Shown here: positions 52,825 to 64,000 of the stretch, piece by piece | Layout of the letters: each line of letters starts with the position of its first letter | How positions within the stretch are numbered: position 1 is the stretch's first letter | Assembly: GCA_951406725.2 (NCBI GenBank) | Contig: OX597827.1 | Span: 77,934,001 to 77,998,000, forward strand | Length of the DNA: 64,000 nucleotides | Source: Octopus vulgaris | Lineage: Eukaryota | Direction of reading: 5' to 3' | The notes under the pieces: model-generated | The model's database searches: none | What the model was told of the DNA's origin: nothing | Seen by the model: only the letters and a program-made list of their open reading frames with translations | Made by a program: the position numbers and the translations under genes

Positions 52825-53730
52825 GTGAGTTCTTTCTTATGTGTATCTGTTGATCTCTCTATATAAATGTGTGATTACCAGCATCACAGCCACTACATCA
52901 ATAACATCAGCATCATCATCATCATCATCATCATCGTTACCATCAGCTACAAAACACCACCCACATTACACAACTATCATCACTACCATCATCGAAACCA
53001 ATCACCACCACCACCACCACAACCACCACCACAACCACCACCGCCACCACTAAAATGAACTACAGAATGCCACCATTACCACCACCACCACTACTACTAC
53101 TACTACTACTGTCATGCTACCATCATACCATCACCAATACCACCACCATCACCACCACCACCACCACCTCTGCCATCATAATCATCATCATTTTAATGTC
53201 CACTTTTCCATGTTTGTATGGAACAGGTAGGGTTTCTTCCAGGTGGATTCCCTACGGACAGACACCCTTCCTGTTGCAAACCCTTACCAACTTTCACCTG
53301 TTTTTCCAAGCAAGGTAATATTTTTCTCATAACAACACATTTTTCTTAGAATATTGGAAACGAATAACTTTAATTGTGTGACAGTGAAACTCATTTACAA
53401 CTATCATCACACACACACACACACACACACACAGAGCAGGCCTTTTCTCAGTTTCCATCTATCCAAAGCTATTCACAAAGCCTTGGTTAACCTTAGGCTA
53501 TCGTAAAGAACCCTTGACCAAGGCGCCATGTAGTGCGGCTGAACCCAAATCTACATGGCTGGCAGGCAAACTTTTTTAACTACACACCCATGCCTGGACC
53601 TAATGTGTGTGCGTGTGTGTGTATGTGGTGTATCCGTGTCCGTGTGTGTCTCTGTGTGTGTATGTGTCCGTGTCCCTGTGTTTCTGTGTGTGTGTGTCCA
53701 TGTCCGTGTCTGTGTGTGTCCATGTCCGTA

Positions 53731-53761
<31 letters not shown>

Positions 53762-53841
53762 CCGTTTCCGTGTGTCTGTGTGTCTCTATGCGTGTGTCTG
53801 TGTGTGTCTGTATGTATGTGTGTGTCTCTGTGTGTCTGTGT

Positions 53842-53882
<41 letters not shown>

Positions 53883-54329
53883 ATCTTTTATCGTTCACTT
53901 GTATTGGTCATTAGACTATGGCCATACTGGAGTAATACCTTTGAATAATTTTTAGTCAAATGAATTGACTCTAGCATGCTTTTTTCTTAAGCCTGGTCCT
54001 TATTTTATTGGTTTCTTTTGCTGAACTGCTAAGCTATGGGGACGCAAACACACCAGCACCAGTTGTCAAAAGTGGTGTGGAAAACAAACACAGACACACA
54101 CACACATGCACACACACATGATGGGCTTCTTTCAGTTTCCATCTACCAAATCTACTCACAAGGCTTAGGTATGTAGAAGACACTGCTATGACTATAACGT
54201 CCAGGTATTTTAACCCCGAGTGCTTTGGGTCAGTCATCTCCACCGTGTGTAATTACAGCCGACTGGCAGACAAGCAAAGCACATACAATGCTTATATATA
54301 TATATATGTTTAATAATATATATATTATC

Positions 54330-55245
54330 ATTGGGTGATGAAAGTTACAGAGAGGATCACAGCCCAACTAATTAGGGAGAGAGTTAGTCTAAATGAGATG
54401 CAGTTTGGATTTGTGCCTGGAAGAAGCACCACTGATGCTGTATTTCTGACAAGGCAGCTGCAGGAGAAATGCTGAACCAAAGATAAACCTCTGTACGGCT
54501 TTTGTACCCCTGATTCCTTATCCGGTGAACAATGCGGAAACTAGGGATAGATGAGTGGTTAGGGAGAGCTGAACAAGTTGAGGGTTGGCAATGAGTAGAG
54601 TGAAGAATTCAGGGTACAAGTAGGGGTCCACCAAGGATCAATCCTAAGTCCCCTCTTGTTCATCATAATCATTCAGGCAATAACAGAGGAAGGTAAGACA
54701 GGCTGCCGTCCCTGGGAGCTTTTCTATTCTGAGAACCTTGTTCTTATAGCTGAATCACTACCAGAACTAGCAAAGAAGTTTCAGCTATGGAAGCAAGGTC
54801 TAGAATCGAAGGCCCTATTTCTTTACTACCCACAAGGGGCTAAACACAGAGGGGACAAACAAGGACAGACAAACGGATCAAGTCGATTACATCAGCCCCA
54901 GTGTGTAACTGGTACTTAATTTATCGACCCCGAAAAGATGAAAGGCAAAGTTGACCCTGGTGGAATTTGAACTCAGAATGTATCAGCAGACGAAATACTG
55001 CTGAGCATTTTGCCCAGTGTGCTACCGTTTACAAAATCCAAAGTCTTAGTAAGCAGGAAGGCAGACAAATTACAAATCCCTTCAGGTAGATGGTATTGTT
55101 CGACCTGTAGAAAAGGCATAGGTAAAAACTCCATAAGATGTGTCTGGTATAAGCTATGGACACAAAAGAGGTACAGAAATATCAGAAAAAGGTTAACAGG
55201 GAAAATAGCTTTTGTGTGTGGAAGACGCACAGGTACAATAAAATC
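54330..55245 (+). pseudogene. RTE-like reverse transcriptase fragment interrupted by a family B SINE (about 54815-55030)
   Basis: MQFGFVPGRSTTDAVFL..QLQEK and GVHQGSILSPLLFII motifs, with stops and frameshifts. Confidence 0.8.
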
Positions 55246-56518
55246 CATGTTTCCTTCGTTTCTGTTTCCTTCAAAATCTCCTGTTTTTCTCCACTTATGA
55301 ATTGTTTTTCCAGTCAGTGGTGATGGTCACCATATTAATACTTGGCTGCCATATTGTTTAATACAGTCAATGACTTACAGTTTCTCTCTAGTTATTTATG
55401 TCTGTTTTGCCTGTGCATTGTCACAGAGAGAGAAATATCTCCAGCTGACAGGTAACAGATGGTATCTGCCCACTAAAGGACAAACAATACAGGCCGGATT
55501 ATTGTGAGCCACCTCTTCCCAGAAATAAAAACGGGGCTGCGGAGGGTCAACACCTCCTGCCTAGAAACAAGTCAGATTACAGAATCATCAGTGACCCTTC
55601 AAAACGAATAAGAGCTGAGAGAGAAAGGCTTTCGTTCAGAGAAACGTATTCAGGCCCTGGCCCAGAACCCACAAGAGAGGGGGATTAGCTACAGGCATCC
55701 AGCAACAGGACCTCCGTAATGCCACGATGGACCGTGAAGTCTGGCGTAGCATGGTAAATTCCATTGTCTCGACCATGGTCGAACAATGATGATGATGATG
55801 AGAGAGGAGACCCTAAAAATAGCTGGAGGCAGGATACTGAGGGAAACCTGAAAATGCAGGGATCCAAGTGGAGAGATGCAGTGAAAGACAGCCTGCATTC
55901 AATAATAATGGAGAAAAGTTGTGGATGGCCAATGGTCCATAGGGAGGAAATGGCTTGAGTAAGAAATTGGTTAAATTCATTAAATATTTCCTCAATTAAC
56001 AATCAATAAACAAGTGCTGTTGAACCAGTGCATGTGTTATTATTATTACTGTTGGTGTAACGACCCTCCCAAGACACAAGACATACATGGGACTGTTTCC
56101 CAGGATGGTCACCATTCAGTGGCTTCATCATTAACTATATTAGATGATGAGGAATTTATGAAGATGGTGGTGGTGGTGTTGACGGTGGTGTTGGTGGTGG
56201 TAGTGTTGGTGGTGGTGATGGTGGTGGTGGTGGTGGTGGTGGTATTGGTGGTGGTGGTGTTGGTGGTGTTGGTGGTGGTGGTGTTGGTGGTTGTGGTGGT
56301 CGTGGTTGTCGTCATGGTCGTCGTCTTCATGGTGGTGGTCATGGTCGTGGACAATGATAACAATGACAATTACGATGACAGAAGTGGCAGTGAGAGAATA
56401 ACTGATGACCACAAAACAGACAAATATTAACCATCTCCTTCCCTCCACGACCACCACCACCATATTCTACCAACACACATTTACTTCTTTCTTTCTTTCT
56501 TTCTCTCCTCCTTTACAG

Positions 56519-56669
56519 ATCAAGAGTCTTTGGGCAGTTATGCCGTTGCCAATGGCAAGGTGACGTCCATCTTCAAACATCCTTCGGCCGTCTTTGTCCG
56601 CATATCGGTCGGAACGTGCAGCGGCAATCTGATATCATCACACTTCATCCTCACAGCATCCCACTGCAC
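56519..56669 (+). CDS. S1 serine protease exon 2 (catalytic His)
   Basis: Long pyrimidine tract and CAG acceptor; DQESLGSYAVANGKVTSIFKHPSAVFVRISVGTCSGNLISSHFILTASHC; donor GTGAGT, phase 2. Confidence 0.92.
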
Positions 56670-57249
56670 GTGAGTAAACGGTTTATCCAGGGTGGCGGCA
56701 GCAGTGATGTGTGTGTGTGTGCGTGTGTGTGTGTTTGTGTGTGTGTGTGTGTATGTGTGCGTGTGTCTGTGTGTGCACACGTGTTTGTGTGTGTGTGTGT
56801 GTGTGTGTGTCTTTGTGTGTGCATATTGGCAGCAGGGGTAAAGAAAATAAATGTTGAGGTCTGTTTGAGTGAAGGTAATGAGTTACATTGAAATTTACAC
56901 ACACACACACACACACATATACAATGGGCTTCTTTCAGTTTCCGTCTACCAAATCCACTCACAAGGCTTTGGCCAGCCCAAGGCTATTGTAGAAGACACT
57001 TACTGAAGATGCCACACACTGAGTTTGAACCCAGAACCATGTGGTTGAGAGGCAAGCTTCTTACCTCACAGCCATGCCCACCCCTAAAATTGTGTTTGGC
57101 AATGAATATCAAAGTATAAACGTAAAGCATGGTGTATCGTTTATCCTTTGTGTACAATATATTCCTTGACCTCACAACCTGACTCTTATATCACTGCTAT
57201 GGGTTGCACAAAGACACTCTGTCCTCCAGCCCTCTCATCCACCATCCAT

Positions 57250-57537
57250 ACCAGTTCAACACAAACACCCTCTGGCCTCCAGCTCTCTCATCCATCCTCC
57301 ATTCAGGCTACTAATTCCATACAAACACCTCCTTGCCTCCAGTTCTATCCTCCACCCTCCATCTATGCTACTAATTCAATACAAACACCCCCTTGCCTCC
57401 AGCTCTCTCATCCATCCTCCATTCAGGCTACTAATTCAATACAAACACCTTCTGGCCTCCAGCTCTCTCATCCACCCTCCATCTATGCTACTAATTCAAT
57501 ACAAACACCTTCTGGCCTCCAGCTCTCTCATCCATGT
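57250..57537. repeat. 60-bp minisatellite, about 5 copies, in protease intron 2
   Basis: Consecutive 60-nt lines repeat (CTAATTCAATACAAACACC...CCTCCAGCTCTCTCATCC). Confidence 0.92.
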
Positions 57538-57587
57538 TCCGTATACGTTACCAATCCAACATAATCTATGCCTTTGTTTCTCCCCAG

Positions 57588-57706
57588 TTTTAAACCTCCA
57601 CCCATTGAAGTTTATGTTGGAGACAACAAAAAATTCTCTGGAAGGAAATACACAATTAAAGCCGTCATCCGCCACCCGGACTATGGTGGGAATGTAACCG
57701 GCAGAA
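57588..57706 (+). CDS. S1 serine protease exon 3
   Basis: TTTCTCCCCAG acceptor; FKPPPIEVYVGDNKKFSGRKYTIKAVIRHPDYGGNVTGR; donor GTACGT, phase 1. Confidence 0.85.
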
Positions 57707-59539
57707 GTACGTGGACCGACATTCTTTCTTTCTGAGTGTGCATGGTGGTGGTGGTGGTGGTGGTTGAGATAATGATGGCTATGGTGGTGGTGGTGTTAGG
57801 AGTAGTGGTAGTGGTGGACATGGTGGTGATGGTTGTGGTAATGGTACCAACAGTTCCTTCTGTAAAAGCTCAGGTTGTGTTATTAAGAAGTCTGTTTCTC
57901 AATCCCTCAGTGCTGTGTTCAATCCCTTGTTGCAGCACCTCAGGCAAATAACATCTGAGGGAGGGCTCAGCCTCGTAAATGGTTTCTGATTTAGACTCAA
58001 AAGCAACAACTTGAAGCATTGAAGGTGCACTCAGTTTCAGTACTTGAGTGGTTCTTTATTTTCTCAACCCTGGAAGAATGAAAGGCAAAGTAGACTCAAG
58101 TGTGATTTGAACTCTGAATGTAAAGAATTGTATCAAATAACACAAAGCATTTCTTTGATGCTGTAACGATTCTACCATCTTGGTGTCTTGCAAAAATTCC
58201 GTCTGTTCATCTTCTCCACCCATTATTCCTAGGTGGACTGTGGTGGTAGAATTGTCAAGAACCTTTCCCATAGGATCCTACCAGAAGCAACTGTCATTAG
58301 ACTTTCTGGTTTGATCCCCAAGTCTAACCAAATGAAACTCTGGATATTATCTAGCCGTCTTGTTCTCAGTTTTCCCCTGGGTCCCCTGCTGGTTAACTAG
58401 TTCTTCAAGAATCTGCCTTTGGGTCTTTTCTTGATTACATGTCTGTAATACCGGGACTGTGACCTCTCAAAGTGGGAAAAATAACAACTCATCTTGGAAA
58501 GATTCTTTGATCTCCAAGCTATGCAATTTGTCAAGTGACATTATTCGAGAGATCCATCAGAGGATCTTTCAGTCAATAACCAATATTTATGACCATTGCT
58601 AACGATTGGCACCGAAACCAAACTGAAGATAGTAACTTTGACTGTTTTACCAAACTCTTCTCTTCTGAGGATCAAATGCTGGAACTGGTTCATTACTATA
58701 TCAGCATTTAGGCATATTATTAAAGAAAAGGAGAATGGTTCTCGCCCTGTTGTTCAGGTACCTGTGACTTTTGTAGGTTTTTCATGTGGTCCTTAATGCA
58801 CCTCCCTTATTGGGAGTTTTAATTTATTTAATTTTTGATCATTGTTATATTGTTTTCACATTGTAAACTCCATTCTTTCATCTTGTTTTTGTCTTTTTTG
58901 TTGTTGTATGTCTTTTAATGTAATTTTATGTGAGTCCTTATGGCTAACAAACGAATTAATTATCATTTTTTTCCCCTCTGTGGTTTTACAAATAAAACTT
59001 AAACTATTCATCCTTTTGTTACAATATTTCTGTTGAAATAAATTAACACCTGTTTTAATTAATTTTGAAAATATTAAAAAATTCGGTAAAATAATTGCAT
59101 TGTTATTAAGCTGATGATTACATCCTAAATTAACATCAAATTTTGATGATAGGTTTTAATTTAGATCATTTTAAAACAAGGAATCTGTATCATTGGGTCA
59201 GGGGCAGTCTTAAGCAGGTTGGTGTCAAAAAGGTCAATATAGATGAATATGGTAAACATGGTTCTATTGCTATGAGTTTAAGGTTCACCATATTTCTGTT
59301 GAGATGCTCTGTGTTTCTTTCAATTAATTTAAAATATAACAAAGAATTTAGTAAAATAACCTAGTTATCATTCAGCTGTTATCATTCAGTGTTAGGACCA
59401 TAAATTGTGACTAAGGTTTGGTGGAAGATTTTAATTCAAAACTTTTGAAAACAAGACATTTGTACTACAGAGCCAGAGGTGGTTTCAGCCAGGTTGGTAA
59501 TGAAAGGGTTGAGAATTGTTTCTCTATTATACATTTTAA

Positions 59540-59761
59540 CCCTTTCGTTACCATATTTCTGTTGTGATGTTCTGTGTTTCTTTCAATTAATTTTAAATAT
59601 AACAAAGAATTTAGTAAAATAACTTAGTTATCATTCAGCTAGAGTTAGGAGCATAAATTGTGACTAAGGTTTGGTGGAAGATTTTAATTCAAAACTTATG
59701 AAAACAAGACATTTGTACTACAGAGCCAGAACCGGTTTTGGCCGGGCTGGTATCAAAAGGG
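59540..59761. mobile_element. piggyBac-type MITE, preceded by a tandem sibling at about 59285-59508
   Basis: TTAA|CCCTTTCGTTACC...GGTATCAAAAGGG|TTAG. Confidence 0.75.
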
Positions 59762-59969
59762 TTAGAAAACATTTACTCAAAGTTGTTCTTCCAGCATTAA
59801 ACTCTGTTTGAATGTTTAGACCATATTATTTGTCAAATTGCATGCTGGGAAATATGACAACCAGGGATTAATTAAATTTCATTTGTTTCTCCTTATTTGA
59901 CTATTTTCAACTTAATCCGTTCATCATTCCAATCTTTTTCCTTTTTTTTGATTTTCTTGGAATCAACAG

Positions 59970-60104
59970 GAAACGACATTGCCATGTTGTACACCAAAGT
60001 TCCAGTGCAACTGTCGAAATCTGTGCAGATTGCCGAAATGATTAAACCAGTGGATGTGAACAACTTGAAGGATACCTGCTATGTGGCAGGTTGGGGGAGA
60101 TTAA
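59970..60104 (+). CDS. S1 serine protease exon 4 (catalytic Asp)
   Basis: NDIAMLYTKVPVQLSKSVQIAEMIKPVDVNNLKDTCYVAGWGRL; CAG acceptor, GTAAGT donor, phase 1. Confidence 0.92.
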
Positions 60105-60959
60105 GTAAGTATAAGTATGGCTTTGATGTCATTAATTCTATGTTAATCCTGTTTGTTTTAATTGTTGTTGGTTGTTGTTGCTGAGGCAGTGGTTGTTGTT
60201 GTCTTTACCATCATCATCATCATCATTGTCGTTGTTGTCATCATCATCATCATCATCATCATTAGGGCTTCAAGCTGGCAGAACCATTCAGGCATCTGAC
60301 AAAATCCTTAACAGTATTTCTTGAGATTTTATATTCTGAATTCAAATTTCACCAAGGTGAACTTTGCCTTTTGTCTTTTTGGAGGTTAATAAAATAAGTA
60401 CCAGTCATGTAGTGGGGTTGATGAAATCGATTGGTTCCTTCCCTTAAAATTTCAGGCCTTGTGCCTATGGCAGAAAGAATTATTGTCATTATTAAGGCAG
60501 TGTAAGGCAGTGTGAGGCAGTGTAAGGCAGTGTAAGGCAGTGTAAGGCGGTGAGCTGGCAGAATTGTTAAAATGCCAGGCAAATTGCTTTGCAGCATTTT
60601 GTCCATCTGAGTTCCAATTCTGACGAGGGCAACTTTGTTTTTCATCCCTTTCGGGGTCAATAAAATAAGCACCAATTGAACACTGGGGCTGATATTAATC
60701 AACTTAACCCCTCTGCCAAAATTGCTGGCCTTGTGCCAAAATTTGAAACCAATATCAAGGCATCGAGGTGACAAAATCATGGAAACACATCAAAGGAAAT
60801 ACTTCGGCAGCTTTTCTTCCAACTCTTTACATTCTAATCTTTCATCTTAATCTTTGATCCTTTCTGAGTCAATGAAAGAAAAAAAAACAACCAGTCAAAC
60901 ACTGGGCTCAATGTAAAACTGACAAAACTCATGGCACTGGGTCAAGGTTAGAAAGAATC

Positions 60960-60990
<31 letters not shown>

Positions 60991-61289
60991 GCATCATCAT
61001 CGTCGTCGTCGTTGTCATCATCATCATCATCACTACTACCATCATCATCATCATCATTGTCATCGTCATCATCATCATTATCATCATCACTATGGTGGCA
61101 GGCTGGCAGAATCATTAGCAGCATTTTGTCTGTCTTTACGTTCTGAGTTCAAACTCCAGCTTTGCTTTGTGCCCTTTTGGGGTTGATGAAATAAATACCA
61201 GTTGAGTCCCCTTTCGCCAAAATCTAAGGCCTTTGCACCTTATAGAAGCGGTTAATGGGTTGTCATATCAATGAGGAGGCATGATTTTG

Positions 61290-62492
61290 GTCTGAAGTCT
61301 TTCAATATAACGTCTGGCCTATTTGCATCTATCTTTCTGTCAGTTTGAATGGTGAAGTTTCAGAGGAGTGAGATGCGGTCATTTTCAAGTATTGGAGGTG
61401 GTTTCTGTTCCCACCAGTTTTTATCATGTGGCAGGTCCACAATTTTCAGCTTTGATGACACTGGCCTTCTTTGTGTGTTTCAACAGTGGCTCCACAGCGT
61501 TTTTTTTTATATTCCTCTGCTTCAATACAGTCCTGGCAACTGATCAAACCTCTCCCATCCTTTCTTCTGGACAAGTACAGCCTATCGGTGTCACTCTTAG
61601 AATGGAAGGCCCTGTGTACTCTCAACATTTTTCTGGTCTTGGCATCCATTTTCTTCATTTCTCTCTTTTGCCATTTTATAATTCCTGCTTCATACCGAAG
61701 TGATGCTATCGCCCACATATTAACTGCTTGAATTTTATTCCATCCAGTCAACACCAACCTCAGTCTTCGGAAATACTCCATCCTCAGTTGCTCTTTCATG
61801 TCCTCTTCATTTATCTCATTGAACTCAAGTACACCAAGGTATTTGTATCCTTCCATTTCAATTTGCTTATTCAAGTTTCTATTTGGTAATTCTATCCCTG
61901 CTAGGGACTGTACTTTGCCTCTTTTTAGGTAAATTACTCCACACTTTCTCAGTCCAAATTCCATTCTAATATCAGTTCTAAAACAGTGAACCATGTTCAC
62001 CAAGGAACTGACTTGTGTCTCATCTTTGCCATAAAGTTTCATTTCATCCATGAAGAGGAGGTGGCCGATTGTTTGGGATCTTTCCTTTAGTTGGTACTCC
62101 AGGTTCACTTTCTTGAGTACCAAGGTCAGGGGTATCATGCAGAGAAAAAAAAGCAATGGAGATAGGCTGCCACCCTGGAAAATCCCTCTTCAGATACCCA
62201 AGGTGCCCAAGCTTTTTTCTGTAAGATGTCAGTTCAGTTTTCCCTCCCACCATACTTCTCTTCAGGAAACACGTTACATTCCTCGTAATTCCAAACAGAT
62301 CCAAGCACTCCATGATCCACGATTTGTTCTCCTTCGTTTACAATCTTGGATTACCATTTTGTCTATCAATAGTTGATCTTTGGTACCTCTGCATCTCCTT
62401 CTACAGTTCTTTTGTTCTGTCGGTAATATATCGTTTTCATCAAGAAACTTATACAGTTCTTCTGCAATTCCTCCTGACAGTAACTTCCACAT
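61290..62492 (-). pseudogene. Non-LTR retrotransposon RT fragment, R4/Dong-like
   Basis: [36 protein letters not shown] and DRLYLSR..GRGL motifs with frameshifts. Confidence 0.8.
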
Positions 62493-62517
62493 TTACATTA
62501 TTATTATTATTATTACT

Positions 62518-62600
62518 ATCATCATCATCATCATCATCATCATCATCGTCGTCATCGTCGTCATCATCGTCATCATCGTCATCGTCGTCATCATCATCAT

Positions 62601-62643
<43 letters not shown>

Positions 62644-62681
62644 ATCATCGTCATCATCGTCATCGTCGTCATCATCATCAT

Positions 62682-62724
<43 letters not shown>

Positions 62725-62834
62725 ATCATCGTCATCATCGTCGTCATCATCGTCATCATCGTCGTCATCGTCGTCATCATCATCATCGTCGTCATCGTCG
62801 TCATCATAGTCGTCATCGTCGTTGTCATCATCAT
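62518..62834. repeat. (ATC/GTC)n trinucleotide array
   Basis: About 105 triplets; source of the poly-S and poly-D ORFs; intronic. Confidence 0.95.
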
Positions 62835-62845
62835 TATTTATATCA

Positions 62846-63060
62846 AGGCAGTGAGCTGGCAGAATCGTTAGCACACCAGGCAAAATGCTTGGCAGCATTT
62901 CATCCGTATTTACGTTTTGAGTTCAAACTCTGCCAAGGTTAACTCTGTCCTTCATCCTTTCGAGGTCAATAAATGAAGTACCTGTTGTGTACTGGGGTCG
63001 CTGTAACTGCCTAGTCCCCTCTCTCCCAAATTTCAGTCCTTGTGCCTTTAATAGAAAAGA
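62846..63060 (+). mobile_element. SINE family B, ending just upstream of the exon 5 acceptor
   Basis: Family B head and core. Confidence 0.8.
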
Positions 63061-63076
63061 TTATTTGTATTTGTAG

Positions 63077-63228
63077 GTCGCAAAAAAAAGATATTAACAA
63101 ATACGTTACATGAGGGAGTGATGGTCATGACGAACCCAAAAGACTGCAGGTCTGAGAACAGCTCTTTCTCCGAAGATTCTGACATTTGCATGAAAAGGTT
63201 CATGCCGAAGTTACAAACCACAGCTAAT
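63077..63228 (+). CDS. S1 serine protease exon 5; the gene continues beyond the window
   Basis: TTTGTAG acceptor; SRKKKILTNTLHEGVMVMTNPKDCRSENSSFSEDSDICMKRFMPKLQTTAN; phase-0 GTAAGT donor at the usual position just before GDSGG. Confidence 0.88.
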
Positions 63229-63280
63229 GTAAGTCAATACATTCCGGGTCTCAATTTGTAATTAACTTCAGTAATTAATA

Positions 63281-63688
63281 GGCGCAGGAGTGGCTGTGTG
63301 GTAAGTAGCTTGCTTACCAACCACATGGTACCGGGTTCAGTCCCATTGCATGGTACCTTGGGCAAGTGTCTTCTACTATAGCCTCGGGCCGACCAAAGCC
63401 TTGCGAGTGGATTTGGTAGACGGAAACTGAAAGAAGCCCGTTGTATATATGTATATATATATATATGCGTGTGTGTGTTTGTGTGTCTGTGTTTGTCCCC
63501 CTAGCATTGCTTGACAACCGATGCTGGTTTGTTTATGTCCCTATCACTTAGCGGTTCGGCAAAAGAGACCGATAGAATAAGTACTGGGCTTACAAAGAAT
63601 AAGTCCCGGGGTCGAGTTGCTCGACTAAAGGCTGTGCTCCAGCATGGCCGCAGTCAAATGACTGAAACAAGTAAAAGAGTAAAAGAGT
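63281..63688 (+). mobile_element. SINE family A, full length
   Basis: Family A consensus with (GTAAAAGA)n tail. Confidence 0.9.
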
Positions 63689-64000
63689 AAGAGTAATTAA
63701 TAACTTTAATTATGATAATTATTTACACCTATTCACGTACAGAATAGTACATCTAATTAGATAGACACAGAGAGACAGACAGACGGATGGACAGTCAAAT
63801 ATATATATATAAAAATCCCAAATTTTATTTAATTTGCTTTGCGGGAAGGACCGTTTCAACAAAGTCAGGTCTTTTTGTTGCCTTCGAAATGCGGAGTAGA
63901 TGAAACAGGGACAACTGAAGAAGGGGGATTTTCTTTATGTTGTATGTCTTGTTTCTCTGTTTGTGTTTTGCGTTGTTCGTTTTCTATGTTTTTGTTTTTA

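Noticed and set aside
59897-60184. 95-aa ORF as a standalone gene
   Set aside because: Only 59970-60104 is coding (protease exon 4); the flanks are intron read-through
62312-62898. Poly-Ser, poly-Asp and poly-Ile/Val ORFs
   Set aside because: Intronic trinucleotide repeat between protease exons 4 and 5
63865-63930. GAAA...CTGAAGA as a type II hammerhead (related element at about 9820-9862)
   Set aside because: Helix I and helix III could not be paired convincingly, and the 9851 copy has CTGATGT

Overview
Eukaryotic, AT- and microsatellite-rich genomic DNA. The repeat families and gene content point to a coleoid cephalopod, most likely Octopus (inference from recognition, no search run). Protein-coding content: two + strand C2H2 zinc-finger genes whose CDSs are each in a single exon (1120-3321, 11 canonical plus 1 atypical finger; 34053-36413, 13 fingers), and a multi-exon S1 (chymotrypsin-fold) serine protease that the ORF track largely misses (five phase-compatible exons, 52692-63228; the catalytic-Ser exon lies beyond the window). 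The rest is tRNA-derived SINEs, LINE remnants (RTE, CR1/L2, R4/Dong-like), Tc1/mariner, hAT and piggyBac-type MITEs, an inverted pair of non-autonomous Helitrons, and mini/microsatellites. The most notable hidden signal is a set of nine minimal type I hammerhead-ribozyme motifs from about five short element families. Most sit in or beside (TA)n/(AAT)n tracts, often in inverted pairs or inside inverted repeats, and one family carries a fixed CUGU-N-GA core variant. Most short ORFs in the track are repeat translations.
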